Source: Acidobacteriota bacterium
GTDB taxonomy: Bacteria; Acidobacteriota; Thermoanaerobaculia; Thermoanaerobaculales; Sulfomarinibacteraceae
Reading direction: 5' to 3'
DNA length: 64,000 bases
Assembly: GCA_015493585.1 (NCBI GenBank)
Contig: WGCW01000016.1
Span: 30,668 to 94,667, forward strand
Each line of letters opens with the position of its first letter. The stretch's first letter is position 1. Shown one piece after another: positions 1 to 9,685 of the stretch. A program made the translations under genes and the position numbers. The notes below the pieces were generated by a model, which saw only the letters and a program-made list of their open reading frames with translations, was not told the origin of the DNA and ran no database searches.

Positions 1-126
1 CTCAAGATGGGTGATCAGGGTCAGGGTGTTGTCAACCTGCAATACGTTGTGTACGAGCATCCGGGCACCAAGGAAGCTGACCTGGCCCGGGAAAAGCTCC
101 GGAGTCTTGGAATTACCATTCGTTAA
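1..126 (+). CDS. 3' end of an unidentified CDS (partial; continues upstream of the window)
   Basis: Frame +1 is open from base 1 to TAA at 124-126 (...VVNLQYVVYEHPGTKEADLAREKLRSLGITIR*). No family recognised. The tracked ORF 11..535 in another frame is Arg/Pro/Gly-rich and overlaps rpsT and purC, so it is discounted. Confidence 0.3.
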   Translation, partial: LKMGDQGQGVVNLQYVVYEHPGTKEADLAREKLRSLGITIR

Positions 127-173
127 GAAGAAAAGGGGCGAATCGCCCACGAAGCTCAAGGAGACACGAAGAT

Positions 174-464
174 ATGGCAACGATCAAGGGAACCAAGAAA
201 CAGGCACGAAAACGGCACCGGCAATCGCTGGAGCGCCGCATGCGGAACCGTTCCGTCAGGACCCGGGTTCGTCATCAGATGAAGAAGATGCGCCAGGCGA
301 TCAGCGACGGCGATGCGTCCGCCGTGGCGACGCTCCTCCCGGCAACGATGTCCGTCATCGACGTGGCGTGGCGCAAGGGGGTCCTGCACCGGAACACGGC
401 ATCGCGGTACAAGTCCCGGCTGACCCGCCAGGCTCAGGCCGTCCTCAACACCCGCGAAGCCTGA
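174..464 (+). CDS. rpsT: 30S ribosomal protein S20
   Basis: 96 aa and very basic. MATIKGTKKQARKRHRQS... and ...HRNTASRYKSRL... are typical of bacterial S20. Confidence 0.9.
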   Translation: MATIKGTKKQARKRHRQSLERRMRNRSVRTRVRHQMKKMRQAISDGDASAVATLLPATMSVIDVAWRKGVLHRNTASRYKSRLTRQAQAVLNTREA

Positions 465-467
465 CGC

Positions 468-1403
468 ATGATGAAGGCCCTGCTCGCCACCGATATCCCG
501 GGGGGGCAGCTGGTAAGCCGTGGCAAGGTCCGTGACATCTACCGCGCCGGCGATGCGCTCGTGCTTGTCGCAACCGACCGGATCAGCGCTTTTGACAGTG
601 TTTTGAAGCCCGGAATCCCGGGCCGGGGGATGATCCTCACACAACTGTCGAACTTCTGGTTCCGGCGCTTTGAGCCGATCGTGGCCAACCATCTCTTGGA
701 GACGGAGCTCGCTTCCTTCCCCGCCCCATATCACGCTCACGCCGAACTTGACCGGCGAAGTGTCCTGGTGCGGCGGCTCGATCCGATCCCAGTGGAATGC
801 GTCGCACGAGGCTACCTTTCCGGCTCCGGCTGGAAGAGCTACCGGGACACGGGATCGATCTGCGGGATCGATCTGCCCGCTGGTCTGATCGAATCGCAGC
901 AACTTCCCGAGCCGATCTTCACCCCAGCAACGAAGGCGGCGAGCGGTCACGATGAGAACATTTCGTTCGACCGGATGGTCGAGATCACGGGTCCGGAGAT
1001 TGCCGAGCAGCTCAGATCGCTGACCCTCACGCTCTACCGCAAGGCTGCCGAGCACGCCGCCGAGCGGGGCATCATCGTCGCCGACACGAAATTTGAATTT
1101 GGGCTCGATACAGAGGGGCAGGTCGTCTGGATGGATGAGGCACTGACACCGGATTCCTCACGATTCTGGCCGGCCGATCTGTACGAGCCGGGCAAACCTC
1201 AGCCTTCTTTTGACAAACAGTTTGTCCGTGACTGGCTGGAGGCAAGCGGCTGGGACAAGGAGCCGCCCGCTCCCACGCTGCCTCCGGACGTCGTCCAAGG
1301 GACGCTTCAGCGGTACTTGGAGGCGTACGAGCGCCTGACCGGTCAGTCCCTGACGCTGTCTCCCACCACCAGCGAACCAATTCAACCGAACGTGGAGGAA
1401 TGA
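468..1403 (+). CDS. purC: Phosphoribosylaminoimidazole-succinocarboxamide (SAICAR) synthase
   Basis: 311 aa. Carries GKVRDIY, LVATDRISAFD and ADTKFEFG motifs of the long-form PurC. It starts 4 nt after the rpsT stop. Confidence 0.9.
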   Translation: MMKALLATDIPGGQLVSRGKVRDIYRAGDALVLVATDRISAFDSVLKPGIPGRGMILTQLSNFWFRRFEPIVANHLLETELASFPAPYHAHAELDRRSVLVRRLDPIPVECVARGYLSGSGWKSYRDTGSICGIDLPAGLIESQQLPEPIFTPATKAASGHDENISFDRMVEITGPEIAEQLRSLTLTLYRKAAEHAAERGIIVADTKFEFGLDTEGQVVWMDEALTPDSSRFWPADLYEPGKPQPSFDKQFVRDWLEASGWDKEPPAPTLPPDVVQGTLQRYLEAYERLTGQSLTLSPTTSEPIQPNVEE

Positions 1404-3496
1404 GCATGACCGCAGCATCGTTCACGACCGAGAACATCAGGAATATCGCCGTCGTCGGGCACTCCGATACGGGAAAGACATCACTCGTATCCGCCATGCT
1501 CTTCGACGGTGGCGCCGTGAACCGGTTCGCCAAAGTCGATGACGGGCACACCATCACCGACTTCGACGATGATGAGATCGAGCGAAAAATTACGATCAAT
1601 ACCGCCGTCGCTCACTTCGAGCACGATGGGAAGAAGATCAACTTAATCGACACCCCCGGATACGGGATCTACACGACCGAGGCGATGCAGGGGTTGCGGG
1701 TCGCCGATGCTGCGCTCCTGATGATCTCCGCCGTGGCCGGCATCGAAGTCCAAACTGAAAAACTCTGGAAGGCGGCCCACGACTACAACATGCCCGTCAT
1801 TCTCGCGGTTAACCTGATGGACCGCGACCGTGCATCGTTCTCCCGGACGCTCGCCATTCTCCAGAAGAAATACGGTCGGGAGGTCGTGCCCGTCACGCTC
1901 CCCATCGGTGAGGAGTCGTCATTCCGTGGCGTCGTCGATCTAATCTCCGGGAAGGCATTCACCTGGGATGGAAGCGAGGGCGTTGGGTTTGAAGAGAGCG
2001 ATCCACCGGCCGAGGTCGCAGACCAGGCGGCGAGCGCACGTGAATCGCTGATGGAGATGATCGCCGAGCAAGACGAGGAGTTGATGGAAACCTACCTCGA
2101 GAATGGTGAGCTCGATCCGGAGACCTTCCGGCAGGGCCTGGCCAAGGCGTTCCTCAACCGCGCCATCTTCCCGGTCTTTGCGCTTGCGGCCGGGAAGAAC
2201 ATCGGCGTCCAGCCGCTGATGCAGGCGATCTCTGATTTTGCTCCGGCGCCAGACTGGCGTCCGGTCGTGGCTCGCAACGCAGCCGGTGAAGAGATGGAGC
2301 TCCCCGTCTCCGATGATCAACCGGCCGCGGCCTACGTCTTCAAGACGTTTTCCGATCCGTTTGCCGGGAGAATTACGATTTTCCGCGTCTTTACCGGGAA
2401 GTTGACGGCGGACTCGACGATCAAGAATGCCAACCGGAACACATCGGAGCGTCTCGGGGGGCTCGCTGTGATGCAGGGCAAGGAGCTCATTCAGGTGCCC
2501 GAGCTGTGCGCCGGCGACATCGGCGCCGTCCCGAAGCTCAAGGAAACCAAGACCGGAGACACGCTGAGCGCCAATGGCGACATCATCATCCCCGCCGTCC
2601 CGATCCCCGAGCCCGCGATCAGCTTTGCGATCGAACCGAAATCGAAGGGGGATGAGGACAAGATTTCATCTGCACTGGTCCGGATCCAGGACGAGGATCC
2701 TACGATCAAGGTTGGCCGGGATCCGCAAACCAAGGAGCTGTTGATTTCTGGCGCTGGCCAGCTCCATGTCGAGGTCATCATCGGCCGCCTCAAGAAGCGG
2801 TACAAGGTCGACGTCACGATGAAGCCACCCAAAGTCCCGTACCGCGAGACCGTCACCAAACCGGCGGAGGCGACCGCACGGCACAAGAAACAAACCGGCG
2901 GTCACGGCCAATTTGCCGAAGCCTCGGTCAAAATGGAGCCGTTGCCCCGCGGCAGCGGATATGAGTTCGTCGATAAGATCTTCGGTGGTGCGATCTCACA
3001 GACCTACCGCCCCGCCGTCGATAAGGGCATTCAAGAAGCGGCCCAGAATGGGTACCTGGCCGGGTACCCGGTCGTCGATTTCCGCATCACGCTCGTCGAT
3101 GGCAAGGAACATCCCGTCGATTCCTCGGAAATGGCCTTCAAAATCGCCGGCCGGAAAGCCTTCAAGGCATGTATGGCCAAGGCCAATCCAACGCTCCTCG
3201 AACCGGTCATGAAGGTCGACGTCTACACGCCTGACGAATTCATGGGCGACGTCATGGGTGATCTCAACTCCCGGCGGGGCCGCGTGCAGGGGATGGACTC
3301 CGAATCCGGCACGACGATCATCCACGCTCTGGTTCCTTTAGCCGAGATGCTAACCTACGCACCCAACCTCCGGTCGATCTCGGGAGGCCGGGCCGAATAC
3401 AGCATGGAATTCAGCCACTACGACGAGGTCCCGAAGCAGCTTCAGGAAAAGATCATCGCGGCCAACGCTCGCGAGGAAGAAGAAGACGAGGACTGA
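1400..3496 (+). CDS. Elongation factor G paralog (EF-G2-like translational GTPase)
   Basis: 698 aa. It has a GTPase domain (NIAVVGHSDTGKTS, DTPGY, NLMD) followed by EF-G domains II-V (...LHVEVIIGRLKKRY..., ...GRAEYSMEFSHYDEVP). The ATGA overlap with the purC stop suggests translational coupling. It is not in an str-operon context. Confidence 0.85.
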   Translation: MSMTAASFTTENIRNIAVVGHSDTGKTSLVSAMLFDGGAVNRFAKVDDGHTITDFDDDEIERKITINTAVAHFEHDGKKINLIDTPGYGIYTTEAMQGLRVADAALLMISAVAGIEVQTEKLWKAAHDYNMPVILAVNLMDRDRASFSRTLAILQKKYGREVVPVTLPIGEESSFRGVVDLISGKAFTWDGSEGVGFEESDPPAEVADQAASARESLMEMIAEQDEELMETYLENGELDPETFRQGLAKAFLNRAIFPVFALAAGKNIGVQPLMQAISDFAPAPDWRPVVARNAAGEEMELPVSDDQPAAAYVFKTFSDPFAGRITIFRVFTGKLTADSTIKNANRNTSERLGGLAVMQGKELIQVPELCAGDIGAVPKLKETKTGDTLSANGDIIIPAVPIPEPAISFAIEPKSKGDEDKISSALVRIQDEDPTIKVGRDPQTKELLISGAGQLHVEVIIGRLKKRYKVDVTMKPPKVPYRETVTKPAEATARHKKQTGGHGQFAEASVKMEPLPRGSGYEFVDKIFGGAISQTYRPAVDKGIQEAAQNGYLAGYPVVDFRITLVDGKEHPVDSSEMAFKIAGRKAFKACMAKANPTLLEPVMKVDVYTPDEFMGDVMGDLNSRRGRVQGMDSESGTTIIHALVPLAEMLTYAPNLRSISGGRAEYSMEFSHYDEVPKQLQEKIIAANAREEEEDED

Positions 3497-3652
3497 ACCG
3501 GCTGTGGCCCACGCTGGCCACGCGCTTGATCCACCCAGCATCAACGACCTGCCCCAGCGGCAGGCCGTTCCTCTTGGCTGACCGCGGGTGGACGAAACCG
3601 TCGCACGCACCGTTTGCGGCGCGCCGGATCAGCCCCCGGTGAGGCCGGGCGC

Positions 3653-3937
3653 CTATCCGAGCTCCATGCCAATTGAGAAGAGACGTTCCAGATCGTGCTT
3701 GGACAGCACACGAAACGCGATCAGCGTCTCCGAGCTGACGATCCCCTCGATCTTGAGAAGGTGGCCGGTCACGACATCGGCGAGCTGCTCGTCATCGGAT
3801 GTCCTGAGAATCGCGACCAGATCAAACTGGCCCGCCACCGAATAGACCTCCGACACACCCTCGACTTCGACGAGCTCCTCCGCAACATCGTTGATCCGCT
3901 CACGTTTGACCCGCAAAAGGACGATTGCATTGACCAT
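3653..3937 (-). CDS. Stand-alone Lrp/AsnC-type ligand-binding (RAM) domain protein
   Basis: 94 aa. MVNAIVLLRV...VSEVYSVAGQFDLVAIL...IEGIVSSETLIAF matches the AsnC-family C-terminal domain. No HTH domain is present. Confidence 0.7.
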   Translation of the reverse strand: MVNAIVLLRVKRERINDVAEELVEVEGVSEVYSVAGQFDLVAILRTSDDEQLADVVTGHLLKIEGIVSSETLIAFRVLSKHDLERLFSIGMELG

Positions 3938-4012
3938 CGTGCCACCTCCGCTCCGGCCGTGCGCCTATCATACATCCTCGCACGCTCTCCATGACTGCAT
4001 CCTCGAATCACA

Positions 4013-5488
4013 TCAACGGCCTGGTAACCGCCTGCGTGCAGGCCTGACGGCGGCCCCTGGCACCACCGTGACACTGTCATACACCGTTGGCTCAACCCGG
4101 ATGAGGAGCGGGACGCGGCAGGAGAACACCTCGGGCGATCCCCCGCCACCAATGAACTTGTCCTGATGATCGGTGTAGATCGCCACGCTCTCCCAAGGCG
4201 GTGGCACTCCCCTCGAGCCGCCGAGCTCAACGTCATACGTGATCCGTCCGTCCGCCCGGCCACTCAACTGCCGGTAGACCTCGAACGGCTCCATATTGAA
4301 GTCGGCCACCATTACCCAGCGATGTTCCTCCGCCAAACGCTCTGCAGCTCGCATCGCTCTCAGCGGAGGCGAAACCGCATGACGCATCAGCGAGAGTTGA
4401 GGGATCACGACCACGGTAGAAACACTCACGGCTACCGCAACGATGGTCAGAGACCATGCACGCATGATCGAGGCCAGACCAACCACAGCCAGGCCACAGC
4501 CCAAAGCCAATACCGGCAACCAGTACCTTGTGATGGTTCCATCGACGAGAAACAACACGACGCCTACGGCCGGCAACAAAGTTGCGATGAGCAGGATGCC
4601 GCCCCCAGGCAGGTGGGCGCGCCAGAACACCACGCCCCCATATACGGCACCTGCAACCCATATCAGGGCAAGACCCGGAAGGATCATGGCGCGCGCCGGA
4701 CCGAGCTCGGCAAAGGCGTGCGCAGCCGTCACCGCATGGGCGCCCTGGTAGGCCGCCTGTAACCGGAATGCCTTCCAGAGGGTGCCGAGCGGCGCACCAA
4801 ATATCAGGAGACCGGCTGCTCCGGCGCCAAGACACCCGGCCAGCGGAGCCAAAAGCGCAGTCCGGTGCTTCCCCCTCCCAAAGAGCACGGCTACGGGAAT
4901 GGCCAGAATGAGCACATGCTGAGGCCGCACCAGAATTGTCAGCGCAGCCAGGATAGCCCCCAAAATCGTCCTTCGTGTGCCGCCTCCCGGGTCGAGCAAG
5001 AGCGCCAGCGAGGCGGCCAGAAAAGCCATCGCAGGCGTATCAGAAAATGCACGGCCCGAGAGCATCCACACCCCGGGCATAAAAAGAAAGAGAAGGCTTG
5101 CCGCCAGTGCCAGCTCCTTCCGCAACCAGAGGGCCCACAGAAAGAACAGCGCGGGGAGCGTCAGCAATGAGAGCCCAGCGCTGAGCATCTGCAGGGAACG
5201 CGCCGCCGGGATCCCAGTGGCGTCGAGCCCCTTTCCGAGAAAAATCCAGAGTGGAAACCAGGGAGGATGAGGCCGTCCCGACTCGATGTTGAAGCTGAGC
5301 ACGGATGACGCAAACACCGCCTCATCCTGATGCCAGATCGATCTGGGAACGGCTGCAATCCGGCTCGCCCCAACCGCCAATGTCACGATGATGAGCAGTA
5401 CAACCCACCACCGCGGGAGGGCCTCACGCGTCCGGCATGCCCACCACGGCGCAGCCACCGTTCGCCTGTGCTTTGACCGGGTGCTCAT
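4013..5488 (-). CDS. Polytopic membrane protein, GT-C (GT39/ArnT-like) glycosyltransferase family candidate
   Basis: 491 aa with more than 10 predicted hydrophobic helices. The N-terminal ...IWHQDEAVFA... acidic loop after TM1 is typical of GT-C enzymes that use polyprenyl-phosphate sugars. The family call is by pattern only. Confidence 0.55.
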   Translation of the reverse strand: MSTRSKHRRTVAAPWWACRTREALPRWWVVLLIIVTLAVGASRIAAVPRSIWHQDEAVFASSVLSFNIESGRPHPPWFPLWIFLGKGLDATGIPAARSLQMLSAGLSLLTLPALFFLWALWLRKELALAASLLFLFMPGVWMLSGRAFSDTPAMAFLAASLALLLDPGGGTRRTILGAILAALTILVRPQHVLILAIPVAVLFGRGKHRTALLAPLAGCLGAGAAGLLIFGAPLGTLWKAFRLQAAYQGAHAVTAAHAFAELGPARAMILPGLALIWVAGAVYGGVVFWRAHLPGGGILLIATLLPAVGVVLFLVDGTITRYWLPVLALGCGLAVVGLASIMRAWSLTIVAVAVSVSTVVVIPQLSLMRHAVSPPLRAMRAAERLAEEHRWVMVADFNMEPFEVYRQLSGRADGRITYDVELGGSRGVPPPWESVAIYTDHQDKFIGGGGSPEVFSCRVPLLIRVEPTVYDSVTVVPGAAVRPARRRLPGR

Positions 5489-5722
5489 CCGAGTATCATA
5501 CTCTCAACCCTCAGGTGAATATCACATCCACGGGACCGGCCTTCACCCGATCCCGGAATCCAGGAGCTCCCTGGGTTCCGGATCAAGCTCCGCGCTGGTG
5601 TGCTGAAAAAACCGTTGCCGGCGCCTTGCATCGCAATCGGGGTTCTGCAATGATGCCGGGGCGGGCCACGCCGGTCCGCCCCCGTCTGAGAAGATGAGTC
5701 CCGACACGTGTGAAAGGGGGTT

Positions 5723-7309
5723 GTGATCATGAAGCGAGAGATCTTGCTGGGTGACGAGGCGGTTGGTCTTGGGGCCGTCCATGCCGGCATCAGCGGCGTC
5801 TACGGCTATCCCGGCACGCCTTCGACCGAGATCTTTGAGTTCGTCGAGAGCATCGCCAAGAAAACCGGTGATATCCACGCCTTCTGGAGCACCAATGAAA
5901 AGGTCGCATACGAGGAGGCACTGGGGATGAGTTGGGCCGGCAAACGGGCCCTCGTCACCATGAAACACGTCGGCCTCAACGTGGCGGCCGACGCCTTCAT
6001 GAACTCCGCCATCACCGGCACCAACGGCGGTCTCGTCCTGGCCGTAGCCGATGACCCGGGGATGCACTCCAGCCAGAATGAGCAGGACAGCCGGTACTTC
6101 GCCAAATTTGCGCAGATTCCGTGCTTCGAGCCTGGCACACAACAGGAATGCTACGACATGGTTGCCGAAGCGCTCGATCTGTCTGAGGAACTGACCGTCC
6201 CGGTGATGCTGCGCCTCGTCACGCGGATCGCCCACAGCCGCTCGGCAGTCGAGGTCACATCCACGCCGCGGAAGCAGAACCCGCTGCACCCCACGCGTGA
6301 GATCCACAAGTGGACGTTGCTGCCGTCGAACGCGCGTGTCCAGTATAAGCTCCTGACGGAGAAGCAGCCCGAGCTCCTCAGGCGCGCCGAGGCCAGCCGT
6401 CACAACCGGCTCGAGCTCCGGGGCAAGCACGGAGTCATCGCGTGCGGCATCACCTGGAACTACCTGTTGGAAAACCTTCCGGACAACCACGACTTTTCGA
6501 TCCTGCGTATCGGACAGTATCCGATCCCCGCGGGCAAGGTCCGGGAGCTGGTCGATCATGTCGATGACGTGCTGGTGCTCGAGGATGGCTATCCGTTCGT
6601 CGAAGAGATGCTCCGCGGGCCGTTCGGCCTCGAGCGGGCGGTGGTCAAAGGCCGGCTCTCCGGCGAGTTGCCACGCACCGGCGAGCTCAACCCGGATCTC
6701 GTCCGGGATGCGATGGGGCTGGAGCCGCAGGGCGGCCTTGAGCTGCCCACAGCGCCGGCAAACAGGCCGCCGACACTGTGCCCCGGATGTCCGCACCACG
6801 ACACCTATCTCGCCCTCAACGAGGCCGTGGCGGAGTATGACAAGCCCCAAGTCTTCTCCGACATTGGCTGCTACACTCTGGGTGCGCTCCCCCCGCTCGA
6901 GGCGATCCACAGCTGCGTCGATATGGGGGCGAGCATCGGCATGGCCTCGGGAGCCGCTCATGCGGGCTACCACCCGGCGATCGCCGTCATCGGAGACAGC
7001 ACCTTCGCACACGGCGGCATGACCTCGCTGCTCTCCGCCGTCCAGCAACACGTCGATGTCAATGTCGTCATCCTTGACAACGAAACCGTCGCCATGACCG
7101 GAACCCAGCACTCCATGGCAACCGATGAAACGCTGGACCGGATTGTCTTGGGGCTTGGCGTCGAGGCCGATCATCTGCGGGTCATCACGCCTTTGCCAAA
7201 GCACCATGATGAAAACGTTCAGGTGTTCCGTGAGGAGCTCGCCCACAAAGGGCCAAGCGTCATCATCGCGCGCCGGGCATGCGTCGAGAAGGTCAAGAGG
7301 CACAGGTAG
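5723..7309 (+). CDS. iorA: Indolepyruvate:ferredoxin oxidoreductase, alpha subunit (TPP enzyme)
   Basis: 528 aa. N-terminus ...LLGDEAVGLGAVHAGISGVYGYPGTPSTEI..., a CPGCPHH motif, and a TPP-binding GDSTFAHGG motif. It is followed by iorB. Confidence 0.8.
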   Translation: MIMKREILLGDEAVGLGAVHAGISGVYGYPGTPSTEIFEFVESIAKKTGDIHAFWSTNEKVAYEEALGMSWAGKRALVTMKHVGLNVAADAFMNSAITGTNGGLVLAVADDPGMHSSQNEQDSRYFAKFAQIPCFEPGTQQECYDMVAEALDLSEELTVPVMLRLVTRIAHSRSAVEVTSTPRKQNPLHPTREIHKWTLLPSNARVQYKLLTEKQPELLRRAEASRHNRLELRGKHGVIACGITWNYLLENLPDNHDFSILRIGQYPIPAGKVRELVDHVDDVLVLEDGYPFVEEMLRGPFGLERAVVKGRLSGELPRTGELNPDLVRDAMGLEPQGGLELPTAPANRPPTLCPGCPHHDTYLALNEAVAEYDKPQVFSDIGCYTLGALPPLEAIHSCVDMGASIGMASGAAHAGYHPAIAVIGDSTFAHGGMTSLLSAVQQHVDVNVVILDNETVAMTGTQHSMATDETLDRIVLGLGVEADHLRVITPLPKHHDENVQVFREELAHKGPSVIIARRACVEKVKRHR

Positions 7310-7326
7310 AGGACAAGGAGGCCACG

Positions 7327-8085
7327 ATGGAAAAGAACCTCATTCTGGCTGGTGTCGGAGGCCAAGGTATTCTGTCGATCGCATTCGTGCTCGACAACGC
7401 AGCCGTTCGCGCCGGCTACACCTTCAAGCAGGCGGAGGTCCACGGCATGTCCCAACGGGGCGGGGCCGTTCAGTCCAACCTGCGGTACGCGGATCATGAA
7501 ATCTATTCCGATCTCATTCCGGGCGGACGGGTGGATGTCGTGCTTTCTGTGGAGCCGCTCGAAGTTGAACGATACTGGAAGATGCTGGCGCCGGATGGGT
7601 GGGTCGTCAGCAGCGTCACGCCGTACGTCAACATTCCGGACTATCCTCCGGAGGACGAGCTCCTTGCGCAACTGACGTCGTACTCAAACACAATCCTCGT
7701 CGATGCGGGGAAGATCGCCAAGGCCGCCGGCACACTCAAGGCCCAGAACATGGCCGTCCTCGGCGCGGCGTCGCCGCTCTTGGACTTTACCGACGACCAG
7801 CTGCTCGAGTTTGTCAACGTGCTGTTCTCCCGCAAGGGCGAGCGGGTCGTTCAGCTCAACGAGCGCGCCTACCGGTTTGGAAAGGCGGCAGGGCTCTTCT
7901 TCCGCGGTCTGATCGACGCAGGCATCGAGCCCCGGCTCGCGCTCGATCTGAGCCGCAAGATGGACCCATCGACCGTAGATCCCGGGCTTGCGCCCCGCTG
8001 GGCCAAACGTCTCAAGGGCGAGCCGGACGCAGTGCGGGCGCTGCTGGCACAGGAGGGCGACATCGCCTGCGGCCAGGAGCAGTAA
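7327..8085 (+). CDS. iorB: Indolepyruvate:ferredoxin oxidoreductase, beta subunit
   Basis: MEKNLILAGVGGQGILS... is the typical 2-oxoacid:ferredoxin oxidoreductase gamma/IorB start. An AGGAG lies 8 nt upstream of the ATG at 7327. The tracked ORF starts earlier (7279) inside iorA. Confidence 0.8.
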   Translation: MEKNLILAGVGGQGILSIAFVLDNAAVRAGYTFKQAEVHGMSQRGGAVQSNLRYADHEIYSDLIPGGRVDVVLSVEPLEVERYWKMLAPDGWVVSSVTPYVNIPDYPPEDELLAQLTSYSNTILVDAGKIAKAAGTLKAQNMAVLGAASPLLDFTDDQLLEFVNVLFSRKGERVVQLNERAYRFGKAAGLFFRGLIDAGIEPRLALDLSRKMDPSTVDPGLAPRWAKRLKGEPDAVRALLAQEGDIACGQEQ

Positions 8086-8127
8086 CTGACCACCGGTCCA
8101 AGCGGGGCTCCCCCACCTCGCAAGGGA

Positions 8128-8161
8128 TGAGAAAACGGCCCGCCGGAACCGGCGGGCCGTT
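8128..8161 (-). terminator. Rho-independent terminator-like hairpin between convergent genes
   Basis: Perfect 13-bp stem AACGGCCCGCCGG-AA-CCGGCGGGCCGTT at 8134-8161. On the minus strand it is followed by TTTTC, which fits termination of the outer-membrane protein gene. It may also stop iorB read-through. Confidence 0.55.
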
Positions 8162-8186
8162 CGAGTCTCACGAAGGATGGAGGCCT

Positions 8187-8756
8187 TTACCTGCTCCCGA
8201 TCCCAAAACCAAACCCAACAACAACCTGGATCGAGTTGATGTTTGGCTCGGCGAACGTCATCCAACGAACCTGTCCCAGGGCAAACGAGCCGCGGGAGAG
8301 CTCATAGTGGATCCCAGCGCCGAGGGTCAGCCCCCAGCCGATCCCGTCGGGATGCGGGTAGTAGACAGGGTTGTTGTAATCGAGATCGATCCACGAGATC
8401 CCGGCCGAAACGTACGGCGTCCAGTGGGTCCCCTTGATCGGAAAGAACCGTACGGCACTCCCAGAGATCTGCAACAGGTCTGTTGTCTCGAGACTCCCGG
8501 GGATCAGAATCGCATCAGTTCCATACGGCCTTTCAGGCTCAGGGTTCGAGGTCGTGCCCTCGATCTGGAACGCCCAGTTCTTCATGAAGTTGTACCCCAG
8601 CTGGAAACCGATCGTGCTGTCGCCATCGAGATGCCCCCCGGAGTTCCACTGCGCACCTCCCAAGACTGCAGCCGTAAAACGGCTCTGCTGAGCAGCGGCC
8701 GGGATCGCGCCGAGAATCAAGATCGCACTCAACACCAGGAATGCTGTCCGTTTCAT
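8187..8756 (-). CDS. Outer-membrane beta-barrel protein (OmpW/OmpA-barrel-like)
   Basis: Signal peptide MKRTAFLVLSAILILGAIPAAAQ, alternating beta-strand pattern, and aromatic-rich C-terminal end ...VVVGFGFGIGSR. AGGAGGAGG precedes the ATG at 8756. Confidence 0.7.
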   Translation of the reverse strand: MKRTAFLVLSAILILGAIPAAAQQSRFTAAVLGGAQWNSGGHLDGDSTIGFQLGYNFMKNWAFQIEGTTSNPEPERPYGTDAILIPGSLETTDLLQISGSAVRFFPIKGTHWTPYVSAGISWIDLDYNNPVYYPHPDGIGWGLTLGAGIHYELSRGSFALGQVRWMTFAEPNINSIQVVVGFGFGIGSR

Positions 8757-8857
8757 TTCGAGCCTCCTCCTTTCATCTTGACAGAACTCTAGTGCCCAAA
8801 CCATCGTCTGTCAATTCCCCGTTTCCGATCGCCGCCAACCCACAATCACGGCCCATT

Positions 8858-8887
8858 CCAAGAAATGGCCGGGAAAATCCCGGCCAT
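8858..8887 (-). terminator. Rho-independent terminator-like hairpin after the sdh operon
   Basis: 10-bp stem ATGGCCGGGA-AAA-TCCCGGCCAT at 8865-8887, followed on the minus strand by TTCTTGG. It lies 22 nt downstream of the sdhB stop. Confidence 0.5.
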
Positions 8888-8908
8888 CGGTCATCTTTCG
8901 ATCGTGGC

Positions 8909-9685
8909 TCACGCCACGTGCTTCCCGCCGCCAACGACCTTGCCGGGCCAGAAGGCCTTGAGGTAGTCATGATTCATACGTGCAATGGCGGAAATGGAGA
9001 TCTCTTTCGGGCAGGCCACCTCGCATTCCGCGTAGTTCGTGCATGCGCCGAAAGCCTCTTGCTGCATCTGCTGCACCATCGATTTGACCCGCCTGTCCGC
9101 CTCGACCTGTCCCTGAGGCAGGAGGCTGAAGTGCGCGATCTTGGCGCTCATGAACAACATAGCCGCACCGTTGGGACACGCCGCAACGCACGCGCCACAG
9201 CCGATGCACTCCGCATAGTCCATGGCGAGCTCCGCGGTATCCCGCGAGATCAGGGTCGAGTTGGCATCGGGGGCGTTCCCAGTATTGACGGAGATATACC
9301 CGCCGGCCTGGATGATCCTGTCGAATGCGCTCCGGTCGACGATGAGATCTTTCAGGACGGGGAACGCCTTTGAGCGCCACGGCTCGATCGTGAGCTCTGC
9401 TCCATCCTTGAAGTACCGGAGCGGCAGCTGACACGTCGTGGAGCCCTTCATGCCGCCGTGCGCGAGACCGTTGATCATCATCCCACACATCCCGCAAATT
9501 CCCTCGCGGCAATCGTTCTCGAAGGCCACTGGTTCCTCACCCTTCTCGATGAGTTGCTGGTTGAGGACATCGAGCATCTCGAGAAAGGACATGTCCCTGT
9601 TCAAATTGTCCACGTGGTAGGTTTTAAACCCGCCCTTGTCGTCAGGGCTCTTTTGACGCCAGATATGGAGTGTCAGTTTCATCAC
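8909..9685 (-). CDS. sdhB: Succinate dehydrogenase/fumarate reductase iron-sulfur subunit
   Basis: 258 aa. Cys clusters [22 protein letters not shown] and [12 protein letters not shown] correspond to the 2Fe-2S, 4Fe-4S and 3Fe-4S sites. Confidence 0.9.
   Translation of the reverse strand: MMKLTLHIWRQKSPDDKGGFKTYHVDNLNRDMSFLEMLDVLNQQLIEKGEEPVAFENDCREGICGMCGMMINGLAHGGMKGSTTCQLPLRYFKDGAELTIEPWRSKAFPVLKDLIVDRSAFDRIIQAGGYISVNTGNAPDANSTLISRDTAELAMDYAECIGCGACVAACPNGAAMLFMSAKIAHFSLLPQGQVEADRRVKSMVQQMQQEAFGACTNYAECEVACPKEISISAIARMNHDYLKAFWPGKVVGGGKHVA

Noticed and set aside
5543-7303. 586-aa ORF antisense to iorA
   Set aside because: It exactly shadows a well-supported gene on the other strand. It is Arg/Gly/Asp/Pro-rich with no recognisable motifs. 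This is a typical GC-rich antisense open frame.
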